A stretch of 63,906 nt of DNA, filler included, from Rhabdomonas costata (GCA_019059605.1; 47 parts of 47 records of this genome joined end to end with filler, not necessarily neighbours in it); one strand, 5' to 3'; shown: positions 24,529 through 36,994, counted from the whole stretch's first letter. Program-made: numbers and translations. Notes: generated by a model not told the origin, from the letters alone.

Positions 24529-25650
24529 GGTTTTGGTGAGCTTCTCCTTCGTGGGACAGTCAAGGGGCCTGGTTGCAGCACTGTCTGCCAGGCTCCTCTC
24601 ACCTTTCACACCTACACTGGAACTGGAGAAGTGGACCTCTGTTCTTCGCAACCACAGTAAACTCCCTGCTGGAGTATGCCGCGTGCACCGGAACTGAATG
24701 TTCTCACTCCTACTTGGACGACGATCTGACTGCGGGGCTCCCAGGTCTTGCTCGATACCTGGGAGTCGTCCGGGCCCAAGGTGAGGCCATCGCTCTTCGG
24801 CTCAATCCCGAAAAATGCAGGCTATGGGGCCCCGGGTTGACCTCATCCTTTTTGACTTTTCCGAGCTGGCGGACATCCCTATTCAGCGTTAGGACTCTGG
24901 CCTTCGAATCTGGTGTCCCTGTCGACTCTCAGGACTTTGAGACGGCGGAAATGCGCGCTTCGGCCATCAACCTCAGCAAAGCCCTCGTTAAGCTCTCCAG
25001 CCTTGCCTGTCCACACTCGGCGTCCCTAGTTCTCCGCGAATGTTTGGCTCAGCCAAAGTGACCTACCTCCTTGCAATTTCCGGTGGGATCTGAACTGGCC
25101 GCATCGACCAGCCAGATGTTGCGCTCCACCTGGGGCCTGATTGCTGGAGTCCCCCTGATCCGCCTGGGCGGACTCGGCGTGCAAGATCCCGTGCAACTCC
25201 ACCCGCAAGCAGCACTTTCCTGTATTATTTGTTGCGAAACGCACCACGGCCTTCCAATGCCCTACGTTCTCGGCAGATCTCCGTGGGGCGTAGTACGGCT
25301 GCTCTGAACTCATCACCTGCTTGTCGAGCCCGTCCCTTTTATCAGTTCCTCGCTCACCCTCTCCTAGACTTCTGGTCGTCGCAGAGCTCCTCTTGGACGG
25401 CCGCACGAGATGAAGCCGCTGCTTTCTGTTGGGACAGTGAAGCCAGCGACCGCCTCGCTCGACTCCGACAGGTTCAGTGCGGCGCCCACAGTGGAGATTG
25501 GCTCATACGACCTGGGCTTCTCCGCCCCTGAGTGGCAGGCCCTACTGCTCTCGATGCATTCGGGGCCCAGGCGTTGTGCTCGGGGCTACATTCGAGACAC
25601 AACCTGTCGCACAAGGCCGTCCACTTTGAGGCGGAACCTGTGAAAGTTTG
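24529..25650 (+). mobile_element. Decayed reverse transcriptase and thumb region of a CRE-type non-LTR retrotransposon
   Basis: GPLFFA...SYLDDDL...IALRLNPEKCRLWGP...GVPV...LVLRECL..PKVTYLL...LIRLGGLGVQDP...DSEASDRLARLRQVQCGAHSGDWL...EWQALL, spread over several frameshifts. Confidence 0.9.
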
Positions 25651-26019
25651 GGTCCTCTCCTGCTTGCTTCTGTGGCGTCTGGTGGAGTGTATGTCCTCTC
25701 ACCATGCCGGCTCTGGAATCAGGCCGTCGTCCTTCCATCCTTCTTTTTACTTTATCCGTCATGCGATTTTAGTCATCACCCCACCCCCACNNNNNNNNNN
25801 NNNNNNNNNNNNNNNNNNNNNNNNNNNNNNNNNNTTAATTAATTAANNNNNNNNNNNNNNNNNNNNNNNNNNNNNNNNNNNNNNNNNNNNGTGGTTTTTG
25901 AAAAGGTGGTTTGCCGCGCGTTCTGCTGTTCTATTACGCAAGGTCTTCCCAATTTTTCCCGGATGTCCTGGATTGGTATAGTGAAGGTGAATTGGTACTT
26001 GCTCGCCATTGCTGTGTAG

Positions 26020-27152
26020 GGCTTCAACTCCACGCTGTGTGACCTTTGCGAGCTGGACTTCTACACGTACCCGGTGTGCATGTTCTGCACTCGGGACTTC
26101 TCGTGCAGTGGGCACGGCGCGTGTAACGGCACCCTGGACAATTGCACGTGCGACGAGGGCTACGCCGGCCGCAACTGCAGCGAGTGCGCCTCCAAGTGGA
26201 CGGGCTACCCCATCTGCAGGAAGCATTACATCTCGTATGTCGTTCCTCGCTCGCTCGCTTACTTGATGTGGAGTGTGGAGTGTTTGGTGAAGTATGGGAT
26301 CCTTGTCTCTTACTGGATGAAAATAAGCGCGAGCTTCCATCCTCAGGAAGATCGGCCCGGTACGGATGTCCGAATGACAAAAAAAGAACTTGAACTAGCA
26401 AGAGCTTGGTTGTACCACTCATCGGGTAGTGCAATGAAACCGTTCTCTGAGATAAACGAGTGCAACCACTTCCACCCCGCATGCACTCAATCAGCCTCCG
26501 GCAGGCGCGCTCGCACAATACATCGGTCACACTCCTATTTCTCCCTCGTGTGAAGCTCTGTCAGCTACCTGCCCTCGCAGCCCGTGGCGGGGGAGCCCTT
26601 CGAGGTGATCTTCAAGGGCAGAGACCAAGGAGCGGGGGACACCTACAGCTTTGACCCTGCCAACCTGGAGGAGTGCGTACCCGGCAGCCCCACGGCAATC
26701 GTGGGCACCGTGACTGATTTCGACCCGTACGCCGGGCCATCGGAAGGAAGTGGCACCATCCTGCTTGCCAACGAGTCGGTGCGTGTGCTGAATGTCGTCC
26801 ATGTGTGTAGATGTATGGGATTCGCCGTCCAAGTTTGGTCACTGGTATTTGCTGGCAAGAAATCCGTTTTTACTGTCTATTGCAAGGAAGCAAAGAATGA
26901 GCAATATCTCTCGTTATGCTTTTACCCGTCAGGTTACCATCCGGATCACTCTCCATGGCACAGCCTATGGGGTGTGCTACGCCCTGCTCACTTCCCCGCC
27001 AACCTTCCTTGGCAACGTCACCCTTGCCCCCTCTGGGCCGGTCTCGGCCTCCGCCATCCCCTCCCTGCCCATCGCGGGCCTCGCTTTCCAGCTTGTGCTG
27101 CAGGGCCGGAGCCTCAGCTCAACCACCACCCGAGCCCTGCTCCTCCACAACA
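26020..27152 (+). CDS. Large surface/extracellular protein with laminin-type EGF repeats and repeated beta-rich modules, 3 exons
   Basis: Exons 26020-26234, ~26556-26778 and 26933-27152 are in phase. CDLCELDFYTYPVC...CSGHGACNGTLDNCTCDEGYAGRNCSECASKWTGYPIC is followed by two PS.P.AG..F.....G modules. Confidence 0.85.
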
Positions 27153-27773
27153 NNNNNNNNNNNNNNNNNNNNNNNNNNNNNNNNNNNNNNNNNNNNTTAA
27201 TTAATTAANNNNNNNNNNNNNNNNNNNNNNNNNNNNNNNNNNNNNNNNNNNNGTGGTGGGTGTTGTTGGAAATTGGAATGTTTATCGTGATCAATAAGAA
27301 GTGTCAACTGTTCAGGCACGTAGTAAATGCATCAAAGTCTTGTCCCATAGGCTTCTTTCTGGACACCGTTTCCGCGAACAGTTCAACTTTATGGTGTTTC
27401 GTGGCTGGGACGAGGTTTTATATTCGAGTTCAGCCTTTTTGCCGGCTGGAGTTCGTAGTGACCGATTGGTTCATTTGGTGCCCTGGCAACTCATCCGGGG
27501 CAGCAGAAGGGTTGTGCAACAAAGACGTGCGCTTCCGTTCAACCCGAATACTTCCCCTCCCCTCCTCTCTGTATGCAGCTCTTAGCCAGCACCCAGCAGC
27601 CGCCTTGCGCTGACCAACCCGAATTTTCCCACTGCTTCGAGTGGACCGCGGTCACCCCAGGTTCTTCTCTTGTGCTTTTCTGCTCTTTAGTGGTTACGCT
27701 GCTGCGGCACCCCAACGAGTGGGTTGCACCCACATACGTAGTACGCGCACTGTGCGTCATGGACATGGCACAG

Positions 27774-28018
27774 GACGCTCTTCTCCAACGGGAAGGATTC
27801 CATTGCGTACGAGTATGAGGGTTGCACTTCACCGCCCGCGTCCTGCTTCAAATTTTTCGGGGAACCTTCCGAACTGGTGACCCATCCGAGCAAAATCTTC
27901 GCTCGTTGAGCACTGGCGGTTAATGTGGGGATCACAGGGTGGTACTACTTCGCCTGCCATCAGCCCGGACACTGCAGCCTCGGAGTGAAGGTTGCCGTGC
28001 ATGTGCAGCTGTTTACTG
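27774..28018 (+). CDS. Phytocyanin/plastocyanin-like cupredoxin domain, C-terminal part, 2 exons
   Basis: Exons 27774-27820 and 27938-28018 (GT-AG, phase 1) give TLFSNGKDSIAYEYEGWYYFACHQPGHCSLGVKVAVHV. Matches S.G.D.I.L...G..YF.C...GHC..G(M/Q)K..V.V. Confidence 0.75.
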
Positions 28019-28614
28019 GTATGCCTGTGCGGTTGTATCTTTGGTGTGAGTGACATGAGCAGTATATTGTCGTGTATCTCCTCGAAAGAATTCCGAGGAC
28101 GGTGAGCATGTGGTGGAAGCACACGGGTACGTGGAAGACGTGGTTTCTACGTAAGATGGATGGAGTTGGCTCTCAAGGTCGAGGGAACCTGCGTCGAAGC
28201 CAAAAAGAGTTATTCCGTCACAAGGAACCCTTAATTTCTTGCTAGCGTAGTTCTCTCCATTTTCTCCGAGTTGTGTTAAAAAGGTTGTATAAGAAACAGA
28301 ACAGCACCGCTTCTTTCCTGAGCGGCGTCGGGTGATTGCAACTTTCCACGCCATGGGGTGATGCGCAAGTGGTTCGTTTTGAAACGGGGCCTCTTTCTGT
28401 TGTTTTGTGAAATATGTGTCAAGGCGAATACCCGATGGGTTAGTCCGCAAGTGTGGGATGGCCTATGAACCGGCCTTCTTGCGGACTAACCCATCGGGTA
28501 TTCGCCTTGACACCNNNNNNNNNNNNNNNNNNNNNNNNNNNNNNNNNNNNNNNNNNNNTTAATTAATTAANNNNNNNNNNNNNNNNNNNNNNNNNNNNNN
28601 NNNNNNNNNNNNNN

Positions 28615-29876
28615 TGTGGGGGGGTTCTGATGTTAGTGTTGCTGTTGGTTTAGGAGTGTTGTGTTGGTTTGGAGTGTATTGTTGTAGTGATTTTGCTGCT
28701 GTTGGATTCTGATGATCTGTGGTGCGATGGTTGTCGGAGCGTGTTTGTAGTGGAGCAATGAATGTTGGTGGTGGTATTTGGATGTTGGTGATAGTGGAGC
28801 ATGCTTTTGGTTCGTTGTTGATGTGGATGCTGTGGATGATGCGATTAGTGTTGCTGGTTTCTGAGGCCTTTTGTGCGTTGGTGGAGTGATGCGTGTTTCC
28901 GACCCTCTGTGTAGTTCTTGAGTGCTGAGTGCTGCGTGTAAGGTGATACAAGTGGTGGTTGAGTTATGGTGTAGTGGTGAACATCAGCATGACTGTAGCG
29001 ATATCTCAGCCTAAATTTAGAATATGATAGGATAGAGGAACCACCAGATGCCAAGATGCAACACTGACACCAAACCCACGTTGAATGGTTCTCACATATT
29101 GAGAGTGAAGATTTTGAGATGAAGCCTTCACTTTTACTGCTGTTGCATTTTTGACATTCCTACTCCCTATGGCTCCACTTCGTGAACCTGTCTTTGATAC
29201 GCTCATACATGCCCTCTATCAAACACTTGTGTGGTGAAGAATAAATGTAGAGACCTAAATTGTCAAGGTTCCTCAGTAACATGGCCCATTCAGTCGTCAC
29301 ATTCACACCCACACTCGCTACGCTCCTGTTAGTGTTATGTTCCTTCGACGTCACACTCGTTCACATTCACTCTCTTAGGTCGTTTATGTTCTCTCATGTT
29401 CCTCTGCATGTTGTACGTTTCATTTACACTCACTTCGTTCCTGTTTATGTTAACTGCTGTTGTTGTACTGGTCGTCACGCTCTTCCTTGCTGCGCAATGT
29501 CCTCGGATTCCTGTATTGAGAAGCCCCACACAGTGGAAGTGGTAAAAATGAAGGTTGATATGGTGATGGTAGTGATGTATGAACGTGGGCCCCCGAGAGA
29601 GTTTACCAGGTCGCTACTCACTTCTTTTCGTTCCTCCTACATGTGATAGTCACTCTCACACTAGCTACGCTACTTTTAGTGTTCATGTTCATCTCTTGTG
29701 TAAGTATAAGAAGATACTTTACTCCATCACCCGCTACGCTCGTTAGACATTCCAACCACTACGCACATTCACTGAGGTCATGTTTGTGGGGACAAATATA
29801 TAATCCTGGTAGGTATTGAATGTGCAAGGCCACTTAACCAGAGTTAAGCTGGTGTGTGGCTCCTCCCCACACCCCC
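28615..29876. repeat. Strand-skewed segment with repeated CGCTACGCTC motifs; family member 3
   Basis: G/T-rich 28615-28980 and a compositionally balanced core 28981-29290. CGCTACGCTC (reverse complement of GAGCGTAGCG) at 29316-29325 and 29732-29741, and GCTACGC at 29664. Diverged ~33-nt direct repeat at 29310 and 29657. Confidence 0.7.
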
Positions 29877-32099
29877 NNNNNNNNNNNNNNNNNNNNNNNN
29901 NNNNNNNNNNNNNNNNNNNNTTAATTAATTAANNNNNNNNNNNNNNNNNNNNNNNNNNNNNNNNNNNNNNNNNNNNTTGTGGTGGTCTTGTGCCCTCTGT
30001 CATCTTCTCTGAATTGTGCGCGGCTCGCACCTGGTCTTCCATGGCCACTCCCCTCCACTCGCCAGATGCGAGCCGCGCACAATTCAGAGAAGATGACAGA
30101 GGGCACAAGACCAGCAGAAGCTGAGGAAACCAGGCCTCAACTCGATATTTGCGATTCTGCTTGATGGCTGCTCAAACAGGAAAAAATATCGTTCAAGAAG
30201 AAAACGCATTGACACGTTTCACTTGCAGCTCCGTGGAACTTGGAACTCTGAAATCTGAAGCTTCGCTTGTATATCAAATTCATACTAATGGTGTCTCCAG
30301 TGTGTTCAGACTTCACTCGAGTGCTATTATTCTTTCAATGGTTGCAGTGTTATTCTGAAGTCAGGCGAAGTGAAAAAGACTCAAGATTCCAATTATGAAA
30401 ACCACTGCATCAGATGGGACGGCATCCCATGCAATAGAAGGGACACACGTTCATTACCAAAGGCCACCAGAGACACAGAAAGAACGAATGGTTGGCAACA
30501 TGGGGGGACGTCAAGAGCCGAAGGGCTCGGGAAGAAAAGTGCAGCATCCTTCACCAAGGCTACACGCTTAGCACTCAGGGAAGGGATGCATATCATCGGG
30601 AAATCGAGAGGTGCAGCCAGTGTGGGGTACACAGGCGGGTCCCTCCGATAAGCATAATGCTGACGAATGTACAAGAACGGAACGCTATTGAACAAAAGCA
30701 GACAGCAAGGGGACAATACATATACGTACAATGGTACCCTTTTTAAGTCAATGGGCACGGACAACGGCAATCTCCATCATGCTGGATGGATAGAAGCCCC
30801 CAACCTATCCCTTGCACCATTCAACTCGGAAATGGGAGGGGGAGGCCTTTAGAGGCCTTAAGAGGCCTTCGAGAAATCTGCATTACAGTATTTTAGAACT
30901 ACCCACTTACAAATGCATGAACTTTTTGTTAAGTGATTAAGTGCAACCCAAAAAAAACATTCTTTGTGGGCGCCTTCCCTCAGAAATATGAAAAGAGCTC
31001 CTGGCGTAATCATTGAAACACCTTCCCCCCACCCACAATTGATTCCGTCACAACGTCACAGCTACCTTCCGGATAATATTTCTCAGGGCAAATATTGAGC
31101 AGGGTGACAAACAACGGTGTTAAGTGATGGTTGGGTCAATGCGGATGTTCAGAACTTGCACACCTACGCAGGGAGAATCAACTTTACAAGGGCTCTCGCC
31201 AATACGCGGAGCTGTGAGGTTGCAATAACACAACCACCNNNNNNNNNNNNNNNNNNNNNNNNNNNNNNNNNNNNNNNNNNNNTTAATTAATTAANNNNNN
31301 NNNNNNNNNNNNNNNNNNNNNNNNNNNNNNNNNNNNNNTTTGTGGGGGGGACCCATTGTTGTCAGAGTTTCTGAGAGCAGGCGGTGTCCGCCCCGGAGAG
31401 AGAGAGAAGGTTGCTCGTTATTGCACATCGTGTGGGTTGCAGGTATGGTTTCTCGGGGGGTGACTTTCATCGTTCTGGTTGGGGACCGTGTCCCCTCCTC
31501 CTGCAGTTGGATTCCAGACTGCACTTTCGTTCTTCGTTCTTCGTTCTTTCTCACTCTGGGAAAGGGTGGGGCACTGGGCGGAGATTGTGAGAAGGGGCAC
31601 CAGAGGCTTTGGTATTTGTTAGCTTCGAGGTAAAAACGCTCGACGCGTGGGTCCGCACAGATGGGGCACGCTCAATCTTCAGCGATTACGTGTGTGTTCG
31701 ACTCGCCGCAGCTGTTTTTGCGGACACAGAAATGCACAGCTGTGTGCGTGCAAGGGGCGTGCTTTCTGCCTTTTTGTGTGCACGGTCAATGCAGAGGGGT
31801 TGCTGTTGAATGGAAAACATGAGCAGGCAGCATCAAAAAACAGGGTTTACGAAGCCTTTGTTTTGGTTCAATTGCAAGATGAGCCAATACCATCGGAAAT
31901 CTTGCGTGACTCCACCCACCCAGAGTAGTTGATTGGTGGATTCTGTGCCTTCCTCCGAAACATACACAAACTTATGCACTGTCCCAGTCACCCAAACCAA
32001 AAACTGTGTGTGTGTTGATGCCGTCTAAAAAAGGTTAAGTGAGAGCGCAAAACAACTGCAAGAGGCTCTTTTTACTGCTATGTCTTCCCCCATTCGCAG

Positions 32100-32582
32100 C
32101 GGTTATTCGTGGTCATGGGCACAATCGCCGTGCTTCAGCAAGGTCTCGCTGATCACCCCATGCAGTGAACCCAGCAGGGGGTGATCAGTCTGTTGCCCCC
32201 TCACTCCCCATCCTCGCACCTATTTCTCTGAAATGACTGTGGCTTCCACGGTGCAGACCGTGCTGCTGACCCTGGCCGGTGTGCTGGCTGTGCTGGTAGC
32301 CTGCCATCTGCTGTGCGAGCGGGGCCAGGTCCGGTTCTGTGTGCTGGTCTTCAGCCTCCGGGATGCACCACCATGCGGGCAGCAACCCGGGCTGTGCCGT
32401 GATCGGCCCCCGGGGGGTGCCGGGGGACCTTCTCCAGAGAGCCCCGAGCCCAGTGGAAACGTCTCCTCCCCCGCAGGTGCGCTGTGTGAGACAAGTTGAG
32501 CTGGGTGAGGCGCAGAGGGGTGGGTTCCTGCAAAACGGGGCGCTACCCCTCACGGAAGTTCCCACGGAACTGCCGCCTACTG
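32100..32582 (+). CDS. Hypothetical single-pass membrane protein, 3 exons
   Basis: Exons 32100-32142, 32257-32328 and 32477-32582 are in phase; hydrophobic segment TVLLTLAGVLAVLVACHLL. Confidence 0.5.
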
Positions 32583-33646
32583 GTATTCTTCTGCATTAGA
32601 NNNNNNNNNNNNNNNNNNNNNNNNNNNNNNNNNNNNNNNNNNNNTTAATTAATTAANNNNNNNNNNNNNNNNNNNNNNNNNNNNNNNNNNNNNNNNNNNN
32701 CTACGACCCAGCAAGGAGTGCACTGTCGCGCTGAGGAGGTGGGGAAGCAGCGGGGCGAGTAGCAGCGTGATCACGCCGAAAAAGCACAGTGTGGGAATCC
32801 ACAGCAGTCCCGCCCGCTGCCGCAGCGGAGAAGGAACACCATCAACCCCAGTCACAGCGGAAGAAGTGTTCATGAAAAGGCACAGCAACCACAGAAAATG
32901 GAGAGTACTGCACACTATCTGCGGAAACGGAAAGGGACGGGGTGGGGGTGGGGTGTCGTGCTAAATGTATCCTGCCTGCGTTATTGGGTGAGCACAGCCA
33001 AATGCAATTTGAGGGGCGGCGGGCTTTCCTTTCTCCGGTGGAAGAACAACGACAAGGAAGAACCGAAAACACTGCACAAGTGGTGATGCCGAGCAAAAGC
33101 ATAGCACGTGCGAAAGCAAAGAAAGAGAGGTACCACGCAGAGGAAGCAAATGCAAGCGAAACCTCGCTCCCCCACCATCCACAAATCCACACACGGTGGG
33201 CAAAACAGCCGACCTGCCATCAAAAACGCACGCTCTATGTTGCAGTGTCTCCAACCCCCCACGTTCCCCTCCCAACCCGTGGTACACTTTTCAAGCTCGC
33301 CGCAACACCACAAGCACGTCGTTTCCACACACCAACACCAAAAGCACACGGCGCGGGGCCCACCCCCTTCACGGCGGTGCAGGGATTGTGGTGCGCATGT
33401 GGGAGTGCCTGGGGAGGGGAAGGCCACAACTTCTTTCTGATGATTGGAGAGGGTATGCGGGATTCACGGGGAGGGGTACAAGCTGCAACGGAAGATACAG
33501 TGGATGGGAAGAGATGAAGAAACTCTGAGAAAGAGCCTGGAAGGAGGCAACAGGAAACGTATGTATGACAGCAGCCACGGCGTGACCTCTGTCAGTTGAA
33601 ATTAAATGAGAGCAGTCACCGCTGCGCCGGGAGGCTTGGAGCTCCT

Positions 33647-33651
<5 letters not shown>

Positions 33652-33677
<26 letters not shown>
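33652..33677. repeat. (CT)n microsatellite
   Basis: Directly visible. Confidence 0.9.
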
Positions 33678-34429
33678 GCACACTCTCAATCACACCATAT
33701 CATGCGGTTCCTCCAAACAGTCGCAAAACCAGTTCAGGAGAACCGAACGTTCGCAAGTCCCTCGCAACGAGAAGGTGACGGCAAGCGAACGAGGACCCAA
33801 ACGCACGAAAACAAACCCACAGAAGACACAAAACCTCCATTCTTCTTCTAAAATAATGAAATTAACGAGCCACCCAACTCTTCCCTTTCACCTCGCCCTG
33901 CCTTTCTCTTCCGACCGGTGACTGCTCTCATTTAATTTCAACTGACAGAGAAACACCCCCNNNNNNNNNNNNNNNNNNNNNNNNNNNNNNNNNNNNNNNN
34001 NNNNTTAATTAATTAANNNNNNNNNNNNNNNNNNNNNNNNNNNNNNNNNNNNNNNNNNNNGTCTCCGCTGCTATGCTTTTGATGAAGAACGAGCGAGTGG
34101 GCTTGGCGGATCAGGGTCTCGTGCTTACAGAAGTTGCAAGAGTGTAGAAAAGCTGAAAAATCCAGGAGCAAACTGAGCGGAGAATGCACGTCGAGGGCGC
34201 AAAAAGACTGTCGGAAGTATTGCGGTTTGTTGGCGGGGGCGACTCATCCTCGGACGCACCCAAAAATAAGCCACCACAACTTGGCGATGGAAAGGAGACT
34301 ACCGCTTCAAAATTAACGCGCACACAACCGTAAAGAAAACAAATGATCTACAGAACGAAATATGAACGAAATCTATAGAAACAAGACTCCCAAGAAGAAC
34401 TGACCAGGTATTGCCCACGTACCAAGCAC

Positions 34430-34826
34430 CTGGTCCCACAAAAAATATCGCCTTGGGTCTTCAATGTAATGTGCAAACACTGTGCGGAGTAGCAGCTGGG
34501 ACCCCCAATTCCCCAGCACTTCAGAGCTGGATACTGCTGACATCTCATCTGAGATGTCGGTGAGACGGAAGCACAAGACAAGGGACTAGCCAGCTGCCAG
34601 CCTGCTCAACTTGCGCTGCACCTTCAGAGTGATCATTGGGCATCGAAGGGCCGTTTGAACTGGCTCCTTCCTACCCCTCGCTTGCTCGCACCCTAACAAA
34701 GCTGTTCCAATACCCGCACCGCACACTCACCGCAGGGCTCAAGCCGGACGAGGCGGGAACCTCGGTCACCGTCACCATGGGAAACTCCTCATCACTCTCT
34801 GTGGACTCTGTGCGGCAGGAAGCGCC
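34430..34826 (-). CDS. Hypothetical protein, several putative exons
   Basis: Exon 34826-34731 (GASCRTESTESDEEFPMVTVTEVPASSGLSPA) ends in a GTGAGT donor. A further exon ends ...AHYIEDPRRYFLWDQ|GTGCTT at 34430. Internal structure uncertain. Confidence 0.35.
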
Positions 34827-35823
34827 CTGACGACCCCCGTGAAAAGGCCACTCCGCGGTGAGAGCGAATGTCTCGGTGGAGGACCCCTCGGAGGGCGGAA
34901 AGCCACACTGCCTACATACAACGAAAACCAAGGCTGATCGTCGTTGACAATCAACACCCCAATCCTTCCAACACCGCTCCCCCCCCTTGAGCTGTCACAA
35001 CGTGAGGGGCATTCTTACTCCTCGTCGGACCTCGTTGCATTTCAAAGATGTTCAAATGAAATGAAATTGAAATGAAGACAGAAATTACCCAACTACAGCA
35101 CAAGAGATGTTCCCTGTTGTTTTAGGAACAAAAAACAAACGGCGTCATCGAAAGTTCGCACGATTGTCACAGTGACGTGTCCATTGTTCCCCGACTGATA
35201 AGAAATGTCCTGAACCTTCGCCTCCAGTTCCCCTATCCCAATTCAGAGCATCCCCCTCAGACACATCACATGATTTCCCAGGGTTGCGCAAAAGCCACAC
35301 CCGTAGTCATTCTTACCAACCCNNNNNNNNNNNNNNNNNNNNNNNNNNNNNNNNNNNNNNNNNNNNTTAATTAATTAANNNNNNNNNNNNNNNNNNNNNN
35401 NNNNNNNNNNNNNNNNNNNNNNGGTTTTTTGGCCCCGCCAAGCGCCACATTTTCTTCCATTCCATGCTCCTCCTGCCGCCTGTTTCCTTCTTTTGCCAGC
35501 GCTCCTCTCCTGGAAGCCTCCTTTAGATTTGGCACTTTTGTGCTTCTGTGCTTCCGCTCCTGCATATTGCCGCTTTGTGTCGAAAATTCGCTATCTTTTT
35601 ATCCGCCTTATCTGAAGCCGTTTCCGCTTTATGTTAACGATTATTTTTCAAATGGAGCCATGTTAATGCGGCTTTTGCACACGGGCTGGTCGGCCACGTT
35701 TCATTTTATGAAACATGGAAACAACTAAATCACCACATCGCTTGACGTCGGCCTCTGCTTCATCCTCTTTTTTATGGGCCATTGCCCCATCTATATTGCG
35801 AGCCTAAGCCTTCAAGGGGTTAG

Positions 35824-36076
35824 TGGTACGGATCATACGGGTACTACCATTGGACGCCGCTTTTGGAGCCGTACGCGAGCGTAGTGCAAACGTGTCCGGA
35901 GGTCTTCTTCTCTTCTTCGCGCTGAAGACATTGCACGTGTTACTTTCGGTCTCATTATCACGCTCTGGTTTGCAAAGGGCATGACAAAGGAGCGGAATGG
36001 AGGTGACGTGACCGTGGTGGTGGGTTCAGACACCTATGGATGGAGTCCAGAGACCCAAGCGACCACCATCAAGTAG
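35824..36076 (+). CDS. Last 2 exons of a hypothetical protein
   Basis: 35824-35901 and 35978-36076, phase 0: WYGSYGYYHWTPLLEPYASVVQTCPE|GMTKERNGGDVTVVVGSDTYGWSPETQATTIK*. Confidence 0.45.
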
Positions 36077-36802
36077 CGCAGCGGTCTAGTATTTAAATAT
36101 CTCTTCTATATTGATCTCAACAGTACCAAAGTAACGGCAATATCACCATCCTTCTTTGCTAGTGCTCGGCATCCGGTGGTGACTTCATGTATGCGGCCGT
36201 GAGTAGTGGAGAAGCCAATGTCATTTCCACACCAGGAGTGTACAACTTCTTGTCGAGACTTCACTTCACCAGAGGTTCCTGAATCACACCCTTGTTCGCA
36301 CAATGGAGGCTTTTATTGGAATTCGGTTGTGAATGCAAACCAGAAAAACATTGCTATAACAATTCCTGTTCAAACGTTTCCGTAGTAAAGGTTAGTGTAG
36401 GATAGTGTTGCTAACAGGTATTGTTACGGCCACAGTTCTGCGCACTCTGAGTCGGACCACGGCTGATTACATCCGGGTGCCCGTTACCACCGGTTGCGTC
36501 GCCTTCTCGGAAATGCCAGTACGCCAAGGAGAATTCCAGGCAAAAGTCAAATTGCAGTGGCGGTTTCCTTGGTCCACTTGACTTTGACTTGACTTCCGGG
36601 GTGTGGAGTGCTGTGATGGGTTGGGTGTAGACGGTTTGTTGGGTTTTGAGTGCATAGGCAAGGTGGGTTTGGCATTGACGCTATNNNNNNNNNNNNNNNN
36701 NNNNNNNNNNNNNNNNNNNNNNNNNNNNTTAATTAATTAANNNNNNNNNNNNNNNNNNNNNNNNNNNNNNNNNNNNNNNNNNNNGGTGGTTTTTGGTGTT
36801 GG

Positions 36803-36994
36803 GTGGGAATAGCCCAGGCTTACCCTCGGCCTCAGGGCCAGGCCCAGCCTCAGGGCTATTCCCAGGCTCCAATCCAAGCTCACGCGCTACCTCAGGCGTA
36901 CGCAGCTCCAGGTCAAGCCCGGGTTCCTTCCTGGAACCCTCCCCCGGCAGCGCAGCCTGAATATGAGCCATACGAGCCTGTATACGCCCTGTAA
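36803..36994 (+). CDS. Terminal exon, Pro/Gln/Ala/Tyr-rich tail
   Basis: AQAYPRPQGQAQPQGYSQAP...AAQPEYEPYEPVYAL*, followed by T-rich 3' sequence with (TTTAG)4. Confidence 0.5.
   Translation: MGIAQAYPRPQGQAQPQGYSQAPIQAHALPQAYAAPGQARVPSWNPPPAAQPEYEPYEPVYAL

Noticed and set aside
29020-29090. Faint resemblance (minus strand) to LSU rRNA peptidyl-transferase-region words
   Set aside because: Too few conserved positions to support an rRNA call without a covariance-model search.
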